Assembly: GCA_031364845.1 (NCBI GenBank)
Contig: JANLWX010000028.1
Coordinates: 59,652-123,651, forward strand
Length of the DNA: 64,000 nucleotides
Direction: 5' to 3'
Source: Candidatus Eiseniibacteriota bacterium
GTDB taxonomy: Bacteria > Eisenbacteria > RBG-16-71-46
Positions 1 to 9,972 of this stretch are shown here, in pieces (within the stretch, counting starts at the first letter, position 1; each line of letters starts with the position of its first letter). The position numbers and the translations under genes are program-made. The notes under the pieces are model-generated. The model did not search any database and was not told where the DNA came from. It worked only from the letters and a program-made list of their open reading frames with translations.

Positions 1-2
1 GC

Positions 3-605
3 TACGGCGGCTCATGCTTCCCGAAGGACACGCACGCGCTGTCGGCGTTCGCGCGCGATGCGGGCGTGAAGTCGGGCATCGTGGATGCCGTGATCCAGGC
101 GAACGAGCACCAGATGAAGCTCATGGTCGACAAGATCTGCGCTTCGATCGGTGCACCGCGCGGCAAGACGGTCGGAGTGCTGGGGCTCGCGTTCAAGCCC
201 AACACCGACGACCTGCGCGAAGCGCCGGCACTCGAGATCATCGCGGGCTTGAAGCGCCGCGGGGTCAAGGTGCGCGCGTTCGATCCGGTTTCGATGCCGG
301 GCGCAAAGAAGCTTCCGGGCATGCGCGGCGTGGAATTCGCCGAAGATGCCTATCAGTGCGCGAAGGGCGCGAGCGCCGTTGCCATCATCACCGAGTGGAA
401 CGAGTTCCGGAACATGGATCTCTCGCGTCTCAAGCGCGTGATGAAGAAGCCGGTGCTGTGCGATCTGCGCAATCTCTACGATCCCAAGGAAGTCGAAGCG
501 GCGGGCTGGACCCATGTCGGTGTCGGCCGCGGGCGCGCGGATGCGAAGAAGACCCGCGCCAGGCGCCGTCCTGCCGTGCGTCGCGCCGCGCGCAAGGCGT
601 CCTGA
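3..605 (+). CDS. ugd: UDP-glucose/GDP-mannose dehydrogenase family protein, 5'-truncated by window edge
   Basis: Frame from position 3 reads YGGSCFPKD (catalytic Cys motif), then GLAFKPNTDDLRE and ITEWNEF; basic C-terminal tail. Confidence 0.93.
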   Translation, partial: YGGSCFPKDTHALSAFARDAGVKSGIVDAVIQANEHQMKLMVDKICASIGAPRGKTVGVLGLAFKPNTDDLREAPALEIIAGLKRRGVKVRAFDPVSMPGAKKLPGMRGVEFAEDAYQCAKGASAVAIITEWNEFRNMDLSRLKRVMKKPVLCDLRNLYDPKEVEAAGWTHVGVGRGRADAKKTRARRRPAVRRAARKAS

Positions 606-1060
606 TGATCGAGGGCGTTCGCATCAAGCGGCTCAAGGTGATCCCCGATGAACGGGGATTGCTCATGGAAATGCTGCGCGACGACGACGACATCTACCAG
701 CGGTTCGGGCAGGTGTACCTGTCGGTCGTGAACCCCGGCGTGGTCAAGGGCTGGCACTTTCACAAGCGCCAGACCGATCACTTCGTGTTCGTAAAGGGCA
801 TGGCGAAGGTCGTGCTCGTGGACACGCGTGATTCGAGCCCGACCAAGGGCGAGGTCAACGAGTACTTCATGGGCGAGCACAATCCCATCCTGCTCGTGAT
901 CCCGCCGTTCGTGCTCCACGGGATGAAGGGCATCGGAACCGAGCCCGCGTATCTCGTCAACACGCCGACCGAGCACTACAACTACGACGAGCCCGACGAG
1001 TTCCGCGTTCCGGCCCATGATCCGAGCGTTCCGTACGACTGGAGCCGGAAAGATGGCTGA
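605..1060 (+). CDS. rfbC: dTDP-4-dehydrorhamnose 3,5-epimerase family (cupin)
   Basis: ATG overlaps ugd stop (TGATG); DERG, GVVKGWHFH and HG motifs. Confidence 0.85.
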   Translation: MIEGVRIKRLKVIPDERGLLMEMLRDDDDIYQRFGQVYLSVVNPGVVKGWHFHKRQTDHFVFVKGMAKVVLVDTRDSSPTKGEVNEYFMGEHNPILLVIPPFVLHGMKGIGTEPAYLVNTPTEHYNYDEPDEFRVPAHDPSVPYDWSRKDG

Positions 1061-2105
1061 GCCGGCGTCGCTCGACGGCAGCCGTGTGCTCGTGACCGGT
1101 GGGGCGGGGTTCATCGGCTCGAACTTCGTCCACCAGTTCCTCAAGCAGCAGCCCAAGAGCCACATCGTGGTGCTCGACGCGCTGACCTATGCCGGCCGAC
1201 GCGAGAACCTCGACGGCATCCCGGAGCGGTCGCTGACGTTCGTCCATGGCGACATCCGCGATCCAAAGGCGGTCGCTCAGGCGATGGCCGGCTGCGACTA
1301 CGTGCTCAACTTCGCCGCAGAGTCGCATGTCGACCGCTCGATCGAGACTCCGGGCGACTTCATACAGACCGACGTCTACGGCGTGTTCGTACTGGCCGAG
1401 GAGGCGCGCCGCCAAAAGATAAGCCGTTTCGTCCAGGTCTCGACCGACGAGGTGTACGGCGAAGTGCTCGAAGGGCATTCGACCGAGGACTGGGCGCTCC
1501 ATCCGCGCAGCCCCTACGCCGCGAGCAAGGCGGGTGGCGACCGGCTGGCATTCGCCTACTGGGCGACGTACGGATTGCCGGTGGTCGTGACGCGCTGCTC
1601 CAACAACTACGGCCCGCGCCAGTATCCGGAAAAGCTGGTGCCGCTGTTCATCACCAACGCGATCGACGACGAGCCGCTTCCCGTGTATGGTAACGGGCTG
1701 AATACTCGCGATTGGCTCCATGTGGATGACCATTGCGCGGCGATCGCCACGTTGCTGAAGCACCCGGGCATCGAGGGCGAGACGTTCAACATCGGCGCTC
1801 AGCATGAGTTGGACGTGCTCACGATCACCGGAACCATCCTCGAACTGCTCGGCAAACCTCCCACGCTGATTCGCTACGTCGAAGACCGGCCCGGTCATGA
1901 CCGGCGTTATGCGGTCGACTCCTCGAAGCTGACCCGCGCCACGGGTTGGAAGCCGGCGATCGACTTTGCCTCCGGCATCCGGCAGACCGTGGAGTGGTTC
2001 CAGCGCAATGAAGCGTGGTGGCGGCCGATCAAAGAAGGCGACTTCCGCCAGTACTACGAGCGGATGTACGGCCAGCGCAAGGTGCTCAAAGAGGTGAAGG
2101 CATGA
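1053..2105 (+). CDS. rfbB: dTDP-glucose 4,6-dehydratase
   Basis: TGGAGFIGSN, AAESHVDRS, STDEVYG, YAASK, NNYGPRQYPEK, DRPGHDRRY. Confidence 0.95.
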   Translation: MAEPASLDGSRVLVTGGAGFIGSNFVHQFLKQQPKSHIVVLDALTYAGRRENLDGIPERSLTFVHGDIRDPKAVAQAMAGCDYVLNFAAESHVDRSIETPGDFIQTDVYGVFVLAEEARRQKISRFVQVSTDEVYGEVLEGHSTEDWALHPRSPYAASKAGGDRLAFAYWATYGLPVVVTRCSNNYGPRQYPEKLVPLFITNAIDDEPLPVYGNGLNTRDWLHVDDHCAAIATLLKHPGIEGETFNIGAQHELDVLTITGTILELLGKPPTLIRYVEDRPGHDRRYAVDSSKLTRATGWKPAIDFASGIRQTVEWFQRNEAWWRPIKEGDFRQYYERMYGQRKVLKEVKA

Positions 2106-3730
2106 CATTCCGGTGGTACGGGTTGTTGGTGGTCGCGTTGCTGACTCTGGGATTCGTCCCCGCAGTGCAGGCGCAGGAAGAAGAAGTGCCGGTCGAGACT
2201 ATGAAAGCCCCCACTTCCGACACCCCGTCCTCCAAGGAATCCGACGCCGCTCGCACGCGTGATCAGCTGAGGCGAGCGGTCGCATCGAACCCGCAGCTCG
2301 AATTGCCGGGTGCCGTCGATCCCGAACAGTACCGGGTCGGACCGGGAGATATCCTCCAGGTGAGCGTGTGGGGTGGGCTTTCGCGCAACATGACGATCGA
2401 GGTCGGCCCCGAAGGCACCGTCCAGCTGCCGACCGCGGGCACGATGAAGATCGACGGCATGCTGCTGAAGCAGGTCCGTTCCGAGATCATCGCCCGCCTG
2501 CGTTCCGAGTTTCGTGGTCTGAGCATCGATGTGCGGCTGCTGCGTCCGCGCCGCTTCGTCGCCTATGTCACGGGACAGGTCGAAGCGCCCGGCTCGGTTC
2601 CGGCGAGTGGCGCGAGCCGCGTCGCGGACATCGTTCTGCTGACCGAACCGCTCAAGAATGCATCGCTGCGAAACATCGAGGTGATCCACCGCGACGGAAC
2701 CCGCGAAGTCGCCGACCTCGAGTTGTTCCTGCGTACGGCGAGTCAGAGTCTCAATCCATGGGTGCGTGATGGCGATGTGCTCAACGTAGGGTCGGCTTCC
2801 AAATGGGTGCACGTCCAGGGCGCGGTTTCGCGGCCGGGCCGCTACGAACTCGGACCGAACGACAGCCTTCGCACGCTGCTCCAGCTCGGTGGCGGCACCG
2901 TGCCCGCCGCGGACCTGTCCCGTGCTCTGCTGGTTCGGTGGCTCGACAGCGTGAGATCCGAATCGACATGGGTCAACGTGGAGGAAGTGCGTGCCGGATC
3001 GTTCAACCCACGGCTGAGCAATGGCGACCGTTTCTACGTCTACTTCATCCCGCAGTACGAGGTACTGAACGAAGCCACCGTGTTGGGTGAAGTGATGCGC
3101 CCAGGCATTTATCCGATTCAGGAAGGCCGCGACCGGATCACCGACGTCGTTCGCGCCGCGGGCGGCTTCCTGCCCGGCGCCGACCTTGCTTCGATCCGCG
3201 TGCGCCGCGAGAATCGGCGCGTGCAGGAGGACTCCGAGCTCGAGCGGCTGCTGCGGTTGTCGCGCCGCGATCTGACCAACTCCGAGTACGAAGTGCTCCA
3301 GACCAAGCTCGCCGGCCGACGAACCGAATACCGTATCGACTGGGCGCGCGTTCAGAGAGAGCCGGACCTCGATCTGCTGCTGCTCGGCGGCGACATCATT
3401 CAGGTCGACCGGGTGATCAACTCGATTCGCGTCGACGGCCAGGTCCGCCGCCCGGGCATTCTGGCGTACCGGCCCGGTCTCGGTCTCGAGGACTACGTGA
3501 AAGCGTCCGGGGGCTTCTCCGAACGGGCGTGGCGGAACAAGATCCGCGTGACCCGCTCGGTGACGGGCCAGACGTTCCTCGCCAAGGACGTGTCGCAACT
3601 CGATCCGGGCGATCTCATATGGGTTCCCGAGAAGGCCGACGTGACGTTCTGGGATCAGACCCGCACCGTGCTCACCGCCGCCGCCCAGGTGGCGACTGTG
3701 ATCCTGGCCTTCAACTCGGTGAACCGTTGA
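2102..3730 (+). CDS. Polysaccharide export protein with poly_export and multiple SLBB domains
   Basis: Signal peptide; YRVGPGD motif; repeated V-x-G-x-V-x-x-PG SLBB motifs. Confidence 0.85.
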   Translation: MTFRWYGLLVVALLTLGFVPAVQAQEEEVPVETMKAPTSDTPSSKESDAARTRDQLRRAVASNPQLELPGAVDPEQYRVGPGDILQVSVWGGLSRNMTIEVGPEGTVQLPTAGTMKIDGMLLKQVRSEIIARLRSEFRGLSIDVRLLRPRRFVAYVTGQVEAPGSVPASGASRVADIVLLTEPLKNASLRNIEVIHRDGTREVADLELFLRTASQSLNPWVRDGDVLNVGSASKWVHVQGAVSRPGRYELGPNDSLRTLLQLGGGTVPAADLSRALLVRWLDSVRSESTWVNVEEVRAGSFNPRLSNGDRFYVYFIPQYEVLNEATVLGEVMRPGIYPIQEGRDRITDVVRAAGGFLPGADLASIRVRRENRRVQEDSELERLLRLSRRDLTNSEYEVLQTKLAGRRTEYRIDWARVQREPDLDLLLLGGDIIQVDRVINSIRVDGQVRRPGILAYRPGLGLEDYVKASGGFSERAWRNKIRVTRSVTGQTFLAKDVSQLDPGDLIWVPEKADVTFWDQTRTVLTAAAQVATVILAFNSVNR

Positions 3731-4812
3731 TGACATCCGCCCCCGAAACACCCCGCCGCGAGTTCGATATTGCTGAGTTCGTCGGCCGGCTGTGGGCCGA
3801 GCGTGTGCGCATGATCGCCGCCATGCTGATCGCAGGCCTGGTCACGCTCGCGATCGCGTTCATGCTTCCGAAGTGGTATCGCGCGACCGCCGTCATCCTG
3901 CCGCCCGATGACGCGGATCTGTTCTCCAATCTGAGCATGGCGACCAAGGCGCTCACCAAGTTCCCGGCGTTCGGCGCGCTCGGCGATTACTTCACGCCCG
4001 CGGACATCTTCAAGGCGACGCTCAAGAGCCGGTCCCTTCAGGAAGCCGTCGTCGACAAGTACAACCTGCAAAAGGTGTACAAGCTCAAGAGTCGCGAGAA
4101 GACGCTCAAGGAACTCAAGCGCAACTACGAGATCAAGCTGTCCCCGGACGGAACCATCTCGGTGGCGGTCGACGACCGCGATCCCAAGCGCGCCGCGGAA
4201 ATGGCGAATTACTTCCTGACGACGCTCGATCATTTCAACATCGAAACGCGCAACACGCGGGCCCGGCGCACGCGCCAGTTTCTCGAGCAGCGCGTCCACG
4301 AGACCGACTCGCTGCTGCGCCTGAGCGAGGTCTCACTCCGGAAGTATCAGGAAGTGCGCCACACGGTGGTCCCGACTACCGCTTCCGCCGCGGACGTTCA
4401 GGCAGCAGCGGAGATCATGGGCCGCAAGATCGCGCTCGAAGTCCAGATCAACGTGCTGCGCACCTATCTGCGCGAGGACAACGACGAGATCCGCCAGGCC
4501 CGTACCGAACTCGAAGCGTTGAAAAGCCGCATCGGAACAATGCCGGCCGTGATGGGCGATGTGACGCGTCTAGTGCGCGACCAGAAGATCCAGGAGCAGG
4601 TGTTCGTCCTGCTCACGGCGGAGCTGGAGCAGGCTCGCATTCGCGAACTGATGGACACCCCGACGGTCCAGATTCTGGACCCCGCAATTCCGCCGGAGCG
4701 TCATGAACGTCCGAAGCGCGCGACGCTGGCCATCATCGCCTCGCTTCTCACGTTCGTCGGGTGCGTCGTGTATTTCGCCGTCCAGGGTCCGCGCCGCCTG
4801 CCCACCGAGTAG
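3730..4812 (+). CDS. Wzz/GumC-like polysaccharide chain-length determinant (no kinase domain)
   Basis: N- and C-terminal TM helices, coiled-coil middle, ILDPAIPP..PKR motif before last TM. Confidence 0.85.
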   Translation: MTSAPETPRREFDIAEFVGRLWAERVRMIAAMLIAGLVTLAIAFMLPKWYRATAVILPPDDADLFSNLSMATKALTKFPAFGALGDYFTPADIFKATLKSRSLQEAVVDKYNLQKVYKLKSREKTLKELKRNYEIKLSPDGTISVAVDDRDPKRAAEMANYFLTTLDHFNIETRNTRARRTRQFLEQRVHETDSLLRLSEVSLRKYQEVRHTVVPTTASAADVQAAAEIMGRKIALEVQINVLRTYLREDNDEIRQARTELEALKSRIGTMPAVMGDVTRLVRDQKIQEQVFVLLTAELEQARIRELMDTPTVQILDPAIPPERHERPKRATLAIIASLLTFVGCVVYFAVQGPRRLPTE

Positions 4813-4967
4813 GGGCTTCGCGATGCGGGATCCGATTGCGAACGTGTTCAGCTACACCCGAGCGCCTTCCCGAGCACGACGCAGCGAGGCGCACGGCGCT
4901 TCGGCGCTCGGCGCTTCCCCGCGTAAGAAGGCGTGCGCAAGCTCCCGGGCGCGATGAGGTGCTTGAT

Positions 4968-6308
4968 CTAGCCGGACCCGGCGGCGGCGCGCGAACGCGC
5001 CTCGGCGCGTCCGAGATATACACCCATGATCCAGTAGAACAGCGCGCTGTACTGAAGGCCCGTGAACGTCGGCTCGAACATGAGATTGAGCATCGCGATC
5101 CCGAACGTGAGCTGCATCGCGCGGCCCTCGAGCTGGCTGACCGGATTTCGTTCGATCTTGGTGATCCGCATCCACAGCATCACGAGGAACGTGATCCACA
5201 GGATGAGCCCCATCGCCCCCAGTTCACTGGTGAGGACGAGCCAGTAATTGTGCGGATCCTCCTCGTACAGCCGGTCGAGATACCCGAAGCCTTGATTGAG
5301 CCCCATGCCGAGCGGCCAGTGATCGGTGATTCGCACCCAGGCGACCTTCCAGTACCAGAGACGCACGACGACGCTCAACATGTCCTCGGTGCTCGTGAAG
5401 CGGTCCAGCAACAGCTTGGCACCAGGCCCGGTGAGCAGCAGCGAAATCATGGTCAGAGCCGAAAGCGTCGCCATCCACGGTTTGATCCGCGACCGGAAGA
5501 TCGCGAACAGCGAAACGGCGAGCACCAGCAGCGCTCCGCCGCGCGAGGCCGCGATCGTCACGACGCTCGCCGTGAAGGGAATCGAAGCCCATCCCACGAG
5601 GCGGTAGAGCTTGCGGCGCCCCGACATCGCCATGTGGATCCCGGTCGGCAGCATCAGGGAGAGCAGTGCCGCGATATAGTTCGCAGCGCCCCAGCCGAGG
5701 TCGGTGGAACTGCGGCGCAGTTTGTGGGAGGCGATCATTTCGATGCCGCCCTGGCTCATGGCGCGGGCGATGATTGCGATGGACAGGGCACACGCACCGG
5801 CCGGCACGCCCAGGAGCAGCAGGTCTGAATTGACGAAACGGGTCATGCGCCACGCGGTCCACAGCGCGAGGCCGCACATCGCGATCTTGCGCACGCCGAA
5901 CATCCACCACCATGTGTCCCGGCACCAGAAGAACGTGAACGCCGCCCATGCCACGAGCAGCCAGAACACGACTTCGAGCGCGTCGAGGCGTGACAGCCAC
6001 CGCGCGCGGGTCCGCCATCCGATCACGATCAACGTGACTGCGCACACGAAGATCAGGACCTCGTAGGCGAACACCTTGGCGAATTGAGGCAGGATCACCA
6101 ACACCGGCATCATTGCGATCATGATTCCCGGCCAGCGCCAGAACAGTACCCCGAGCGTCATGAGCAGCAGCGTCACGAGTGTGGCCACCTTCACCACGCC
6201 AGGTGCTGCCAGCAGCAGGACGACGAGCCCGACCGCGACCGCCGGGATGGCCCAGAACGGCGGCATCGATCTGCTCCCGGCCGGGTGACCGCCCATCGTC
6301 ATGCTCAC
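4968..6308 (-). CDS. O-antigen ligase/polymerase family membrane protein
   Basis: Many TM segments; SRGG and HNYWLVLTSELG motifs. Confidence 0.8.
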   Translation of the reverse strand: MSMTMGGHPAGSRSMPPFWAIPAVAVGLVVLLLAAPGVVKVATLVTLLLMTLGVLFWRWPGIMIAMMPVLVILPQFAKVFAYEVLIFVCAVTLIVIGWRTRARWLSRLDALEVVFWLLVAWAAFTFFWCRDTWWWMFGVRKIAMCGLALWTAWRMTRFVNSDLLLLGVPAGACALSIAIIARAMSQGGIEMIASHKLRRSSTDLGWGAANYIAALLSLMLPTGIHMAMSGRRKLYRLVGWASIPFTASVVTIAASRGGALLVLAVSLFAIFRSRIKPWMATLSALTMISLLLTGPGAKLLLDRFTSTEDMLSVVVRLWYWKVAWVRITDHWPLGMGLNQGFGYLDRLYEEDPHNYWLVLTSELGAMGLILWITFLVMLWMRITKIERNPVSQLEGRAMQLTFGIAMLNLMFEPTFTGLQYSALFYWIMGVYLGRAEARSRAAAGSG

Positions 6309-6339
6309 GGCGCGAGTCCTGTCTGACCACGGTTGCCGC

Positions 6340-7368
6340 TCATCGGATGTGCTCGAGTGCGGCGAGGCCGAAGGGCGCCGGCAGCGGTCGCACCGGAACC
6401 GGACTCGTGAGGCGTCCGGTGCGGCGCAGCGCCGAGCGGCGGCGCAGGCTGTGCATCAGGCCGCGCAGGGCTGGCGCGAACACATGGTGATGCTCGCGAA
6501 ACAACGCCATGCACGCGCTCGCGACTTCGTGGCGCCCGCCGCGCCGCAGCTTCGCCCAGTTGCCGAGCAGGTAGCCGCCGACGTGCGCCCGCGTGTAGCG
6601 CGTGAGGCCGCGCTGTTCGAGCACCCCGGCATGGGTCATGAAGTGGTCGGTGTATTCGCGGATGTGGCGCAGGTCACGCGTGATCTTCTCGTTCTCCTGC
6701 TCGGCATGCATCAGCACTTCGCATCCCATCACATCGAGGATCGCGAGAGAGGAGCTGCGCAGCATGTCGAGATACAGTTTCACGTCGGCGCCGAACCCGA
6801 GCGACTCGTCCATTCCATGGGACGCGCGCGCGATCGCGGTGCGCAGCAGCATGCCCGAGGGATAGTTGAACGGGTTCGTGTAGAAGGTCGACAACGCCCA
6901 CAGCGCCGCCGCGATCGCGTCCCCGCGGGCGTAGATGCCGGCCGGCAGGTTGCTGCCGAGCGGGAACGTGGTCCCGCGCCTCTCATCGATCGCGCGGCCG
7001 CGCGAAGAGACGATCCCTAAGTCCGGATCCTGATCGAGCAGCCGGCGCGCGGGGGCGATGAAGCCGTCGAGCAACACGTCGTCCGAGCACAGCGTCATGA
7101 CGTAGCGCCCGCGCGCAAGCATGATGCAACGGTTGAAATTGCCGAACAGGCCGAGATTGCGCTCGTTGCGCACGAGGCGGAGCCGCGGGTCGTGGTAGGA
7201 GTTCAGCACCTCCCACGTGCGGTCGGTCGAGGCATTGTCGACGACCAGAATTTCGAGATCGGACCCGGGCTGGCGCAGTGCCGATTCGAGCGCCTTCCGA
7301 ACCAGCACCTCCCGGTTGAACACCGGGATGCCGATCGTGATCGCCGGTTCGATGGCCCGTGTCTCCAT
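6340..7368 (-). CDS. Glycosyltransferase family 2
   Basis: IGIPVFN, VDNASTD, NLG..GNFN, SDD motifs; start placed at METRAIE. Confidence 0.88.
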   Translation of the reverse strand: METRAIEPAITIGIPVFNREVLVRKALESALRQPGSDLEILVVDNASTDRTWEVLNSYHDPRLRLVRNERNLGLFGNFNRCIMLARGRYVMTLCSDDVLLDGFIAPARRLLDQDPDLGIVSSRGRAIDERRGTTFPLGSNLPAGIYARGDAIAAALWALSTFYTNPFNYPSGMLLRTAIARASHGMDESLGFGADVKLYLDMLRSSSLAILDVMGCEVLMHAEQENEKITRDLRHIREYTDHFMTHAGVLEQRGLTRYTRAHVGGYLLGNWAKLRRGGRHEVASACMALFREHHHVFAPALRGLMHSLRRRSALRRTGRLTSPVPVRPLPAPFGLAALEHIR

Positions 7369-7400
7369 GGTGGCCGAGTTCGTCTCGCGAGCTTCTTCGA

Positions 7401-8318
7401 TCACGCGACGACGGTGCGCCGGCGCGATTCGATCGTGTCCGCGAGCCCCGATCGGAGGTCGTAGTGCGGCGACCAGCCGGTGCCCTGGACCAGTTTGCGC
7501 GTGTTGGCGCAGATGAACGGCGGATCGGTCGGATTGTCGGGGCGCGCACCGAACTTCAGGAGTGATTCCCGATCGAGCAGCCCGGCGATGGTGGTGACGA
7601 TCTCGCGCACCGTGACGGGCTGGCCGGAGCCGATGTTGACGATGCCGGTCAGTTCGCTGGTCGCGGCCGCTGCGATCGCCGAACCGACGTCGGCGACATG
7701 CAGGAAGTCTCGCACCTGCATGCCGCGCGTGAGCCCCGCCTCTTCGCCGCGCAGCAGCGTGTCGATCACGTACGGCACGAGCCGGCGCGCATCCTCGTGG
7801 GGACCGTACTGGTAGAATGGCCGCACCCAGCAGAACGAGACGCCGCGCGCGCGGGCGATCTGCTCGCACATCAGACGCGCGGAGGACTTGGCGGCTGCGT
7901 AGAGGCTCGCCGGCTTGTTCGGCGTGGTCTCCGACAGCCAGCCGAAGTCGAAGTCGTATTCGAAGCACGTGCCGACGTAGACCACGCGCTTCACCCCGGC
8001 ATCGGCGAGGGCATGCGTCAGGGCCGCGGTGCCGATCACGCACGAGAGGTTCTCGACCGCTTCGAGATACTTGCCCGGCACCGCGTACCACGCCGAGTGG
8101 ACCACCATTTCCACACCCGAGCACAGCGCTTCGAGTTGCGAGGCGGACGCGGCGAACACATCGCAGGTCACCCACTCGATGCGGCCATCGACATCCGCGA
8201 GGCGCTCGCGATTCGCGCCCGCGCGTTCCGAGGCGCGCACGACGTGACCCTGCGCGAGCAGCGCGCGCACGATCTGGGAGCCGATGAATCCGGTCGCGCC
8301 GGTGACGAGCACCTTCAT
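7401..8318 (-). CDS. NAD-dependent epimerase/dehydratase (extended SDR), probable NDP-4-keto-sugar reductase
   Basis: TGATGFIG, YAAAK, RDFLHV. Confidence 0.88.
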   Translation of the reverse strand: MKVLVTGATGFIGSQIVRALLAQGHVVRASERAGANRERLADVDGRIEWVTCDVFAASASQLEALCSGVEMVVHSAWYAVPGKYLEAVENLSCVIGTAALTHALADAGVKRVVYVGTCFEYDFDFGWLSETTPNKPASLYAAAKSSARLMCEQIARARGVSFCWVRPFYQYGPHEDARRLVPYVIDTLLRGEEAGLTRGMQVRDFLHVADVGSAIAAAATSELTGIVNIGSGQPVTVREIVTTIAGLLDRESLLKFGARPDNPTDPPFICANTRKLVQGTGWSPHYDLRSGLADTIESRRRTVVA

Positions 8319-8355
8319 GAGCGCCCCCCGATCGCGGGCTCGGAGCCGTTTGCGA

Positions 8356-8886
8356 TCATGGCTGGAAGTCCGCATGGACGAGATCCTTCGGCGACAGGAT
8401 CGGGTCCGCGATCGGCCACGTGATGTTGAAAGCCGGATCGTTCCAGCGCACGCCGCGCTCGGCGTTCGGCGTGTAGAACTCGGTCACCAGGTACAGCACC
8501 TCGCTGTCGTCCGTGAGCGCCTGATATCCGTGCGCGAAGCCTTCGGGGACATAGAAGGTCTTGCGGTTGGCCGCGCTCAGCTCGATGCCGAACCACTTCA
8601 GATAGGTCGGCGAATCCTTGCGGATGTCGACGATCACGTCGTAGATCGCGCCGGTGATGCAGCGCACCATTTTGACCTCGGCGTGCGGCGGCACCTGATA
8701 GTGCATCCCGCGCAACGTGCCCTTCTTGAAGTTGTAGGACGTGTTCGCCTGGGTGATGACGTTCTTGAGCCCGTGCTGCGCGAGTTCGTTCTGACAGAAC
8801 GCGCGCGCGAAGAAGCCCCGCTCGTCGTTGCGCGGCTCGAGTTCGATCACGAACGCGCCGCGGAGCGGTGTCTCGGTGAAGATCAT
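8356..8886 (-). CDS. rfbC: dTDP-4-dehydrorhamnose 3,5-epimerase family
   Basis: DERGFF, GTLRGMHYQ, PEGFAHG, WNDP motifs. Confidence 0.9.
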   Translation of the reverse strand: MIFTETPLRGAFVIELEPRNDERGFFARAFCQNELAQHGLKNVITQANTSYNFKKGTLRGMHYQVPPHAEVKMVRCITGAIYDVIVDIRKDSPTYLKWFGIELSAANRKTFYVPEGFAHGYQALTDDSEVLYLVTEFYTPNAERGVRWNDPAFNITWPIADPILSPKDLVHADFQP

Positions 8887-8926
8887 CGGGACTCCTCGTC
8901 GTGGGGGGTGCGCGGGTGCCGGCGGG

Positions 8927-9958
8927 CTACCGCATCCAGATCAGTTCGTCGGTGACCTTGCGCTCCTGGATCAGGTGCAGCAGCTGCTTCAGGCGCGTGA
9001 ACTCGCGTCCGTCGAAGCGGGCATAGTCGAGTTCGAAACGCTTGAATGCCTCGTAGAGCTCGACGATGCCCTGGTCGACCGACCACTGCGGCTCGAACTC
9101 GGGCAGTCGCTCGCGCACCTTGGCGAAGCTCACATTGTAGTTGCGCGCGTCGGCCGACACGCCCTCGGCGAATGTCACCGTGCTGCCCGGAACCACGCGC
9201 GCGACCGACTCGGCGATGTTGCGCACCTGCCAGTTGTCCTGCTCGCGGCCGATGTTGAAGGCTTCGCAATGGACCCGCTCGCGCGGCACCGACAGCGCGG
9301 CGATCACGGCCCGGCTCATGTCCTGGATGTGGACCAGCGGGCGCCACGCGCGGCCGTCGCTCATGAGGGTGACCTTGCCGGTGGTGACCGCCCATGCGAC
9401 CAGGTTGTTGACGACCAGATCGACGCGCAGACGCGGCGAGTAGCCGTAGGCGGTGCCGTTGCGCAGGAACGTGGGAGAGAAGCGGTCGTCGGCCAGCGCG
9501 GCGAGCGCCTGCTCGGTCTGAACCTTGGAGCGCGCGTAGGCCGTGAGCGGGTTCATCGGCGATTGCTCGTCGAGCTGTCCGCCTTCGCTCGATCCGTAGA
9601 TGCTGCACGACGAGGCGAATACGAAGCGCTGGATCCCGGCTTCCTTCGCGAGCGTGGCCAGATGGATCGACGCTTTGAGATTGATGTCGTCGGTGAGTTT
9701 CGGATTGAGCTCGCCGGTGGGATCGTTCGAGAGCGCTCCGAGATGGACGATCGCGTCGGCGCCTTCGAGATCCTTCACCGTCATGTCCCGCAGATCCATC
9801 TGGATCTGATGCGTCACGCCGGTGCGCTCGATCGGGCCGAGGATGCAGTCACGGTAGTAGCCGGTGTCGAGCCCCCACACCTCGAAGTCCCGCTCGCTCA
9901 GGAGCGGCGTCATCACGGTGCCCACATAACCCAGGTTTCCGGTCACCACCACACGCAT
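8927..9958 (-). CDS. NAD-dependent epimerase/dehydratase (extended SDR)
   Basis: TGNLGYVG, ASSCSIYG, YARSK. Confidence 0.88.
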   Translation of the reverse strand: MRVVVTGNLGYVGTVMTPLLSERDFEVWGLDTGYYRDCILGPIERTGVTHQIQMDLRDMTVKDLEGADAIVHLGALSNDPTGELNPKLTDDINLKASIHLATLAKEAGIQRFVFASSCSIYGSSEGGQLDEQSPMNPLTAYARSKVQTEQALAALADDRFSPTFLRNGTAYGYSPRLRVDLVVNNLVAWAVTTGKVTLMSDGRAWRPLVHIQDMSRAVIAALSVPRERVHCEAFNIGREQDNWQVRNIAESVARVVPGSTVTFAEGVSADARNYNVSFAKVRERLPEFEPQWSVDQGIVELYEAFKRFELDYARFDGREFTRLKQLLHLIQERKVTDELIWMR

Positions 9959-9972
9959 GGCTGAAACGCTCC

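Noticed and set aside
6340..8175. Apparent long N-terminal fusions in the ORF track (also 14-1060, 19760-22189, 39142-40980, 46404-48278, 46847-49162)
   Set aside because: Upstream parts overlap other real genes in a different frame; true starts are internal and mostly coupled to upstream stops
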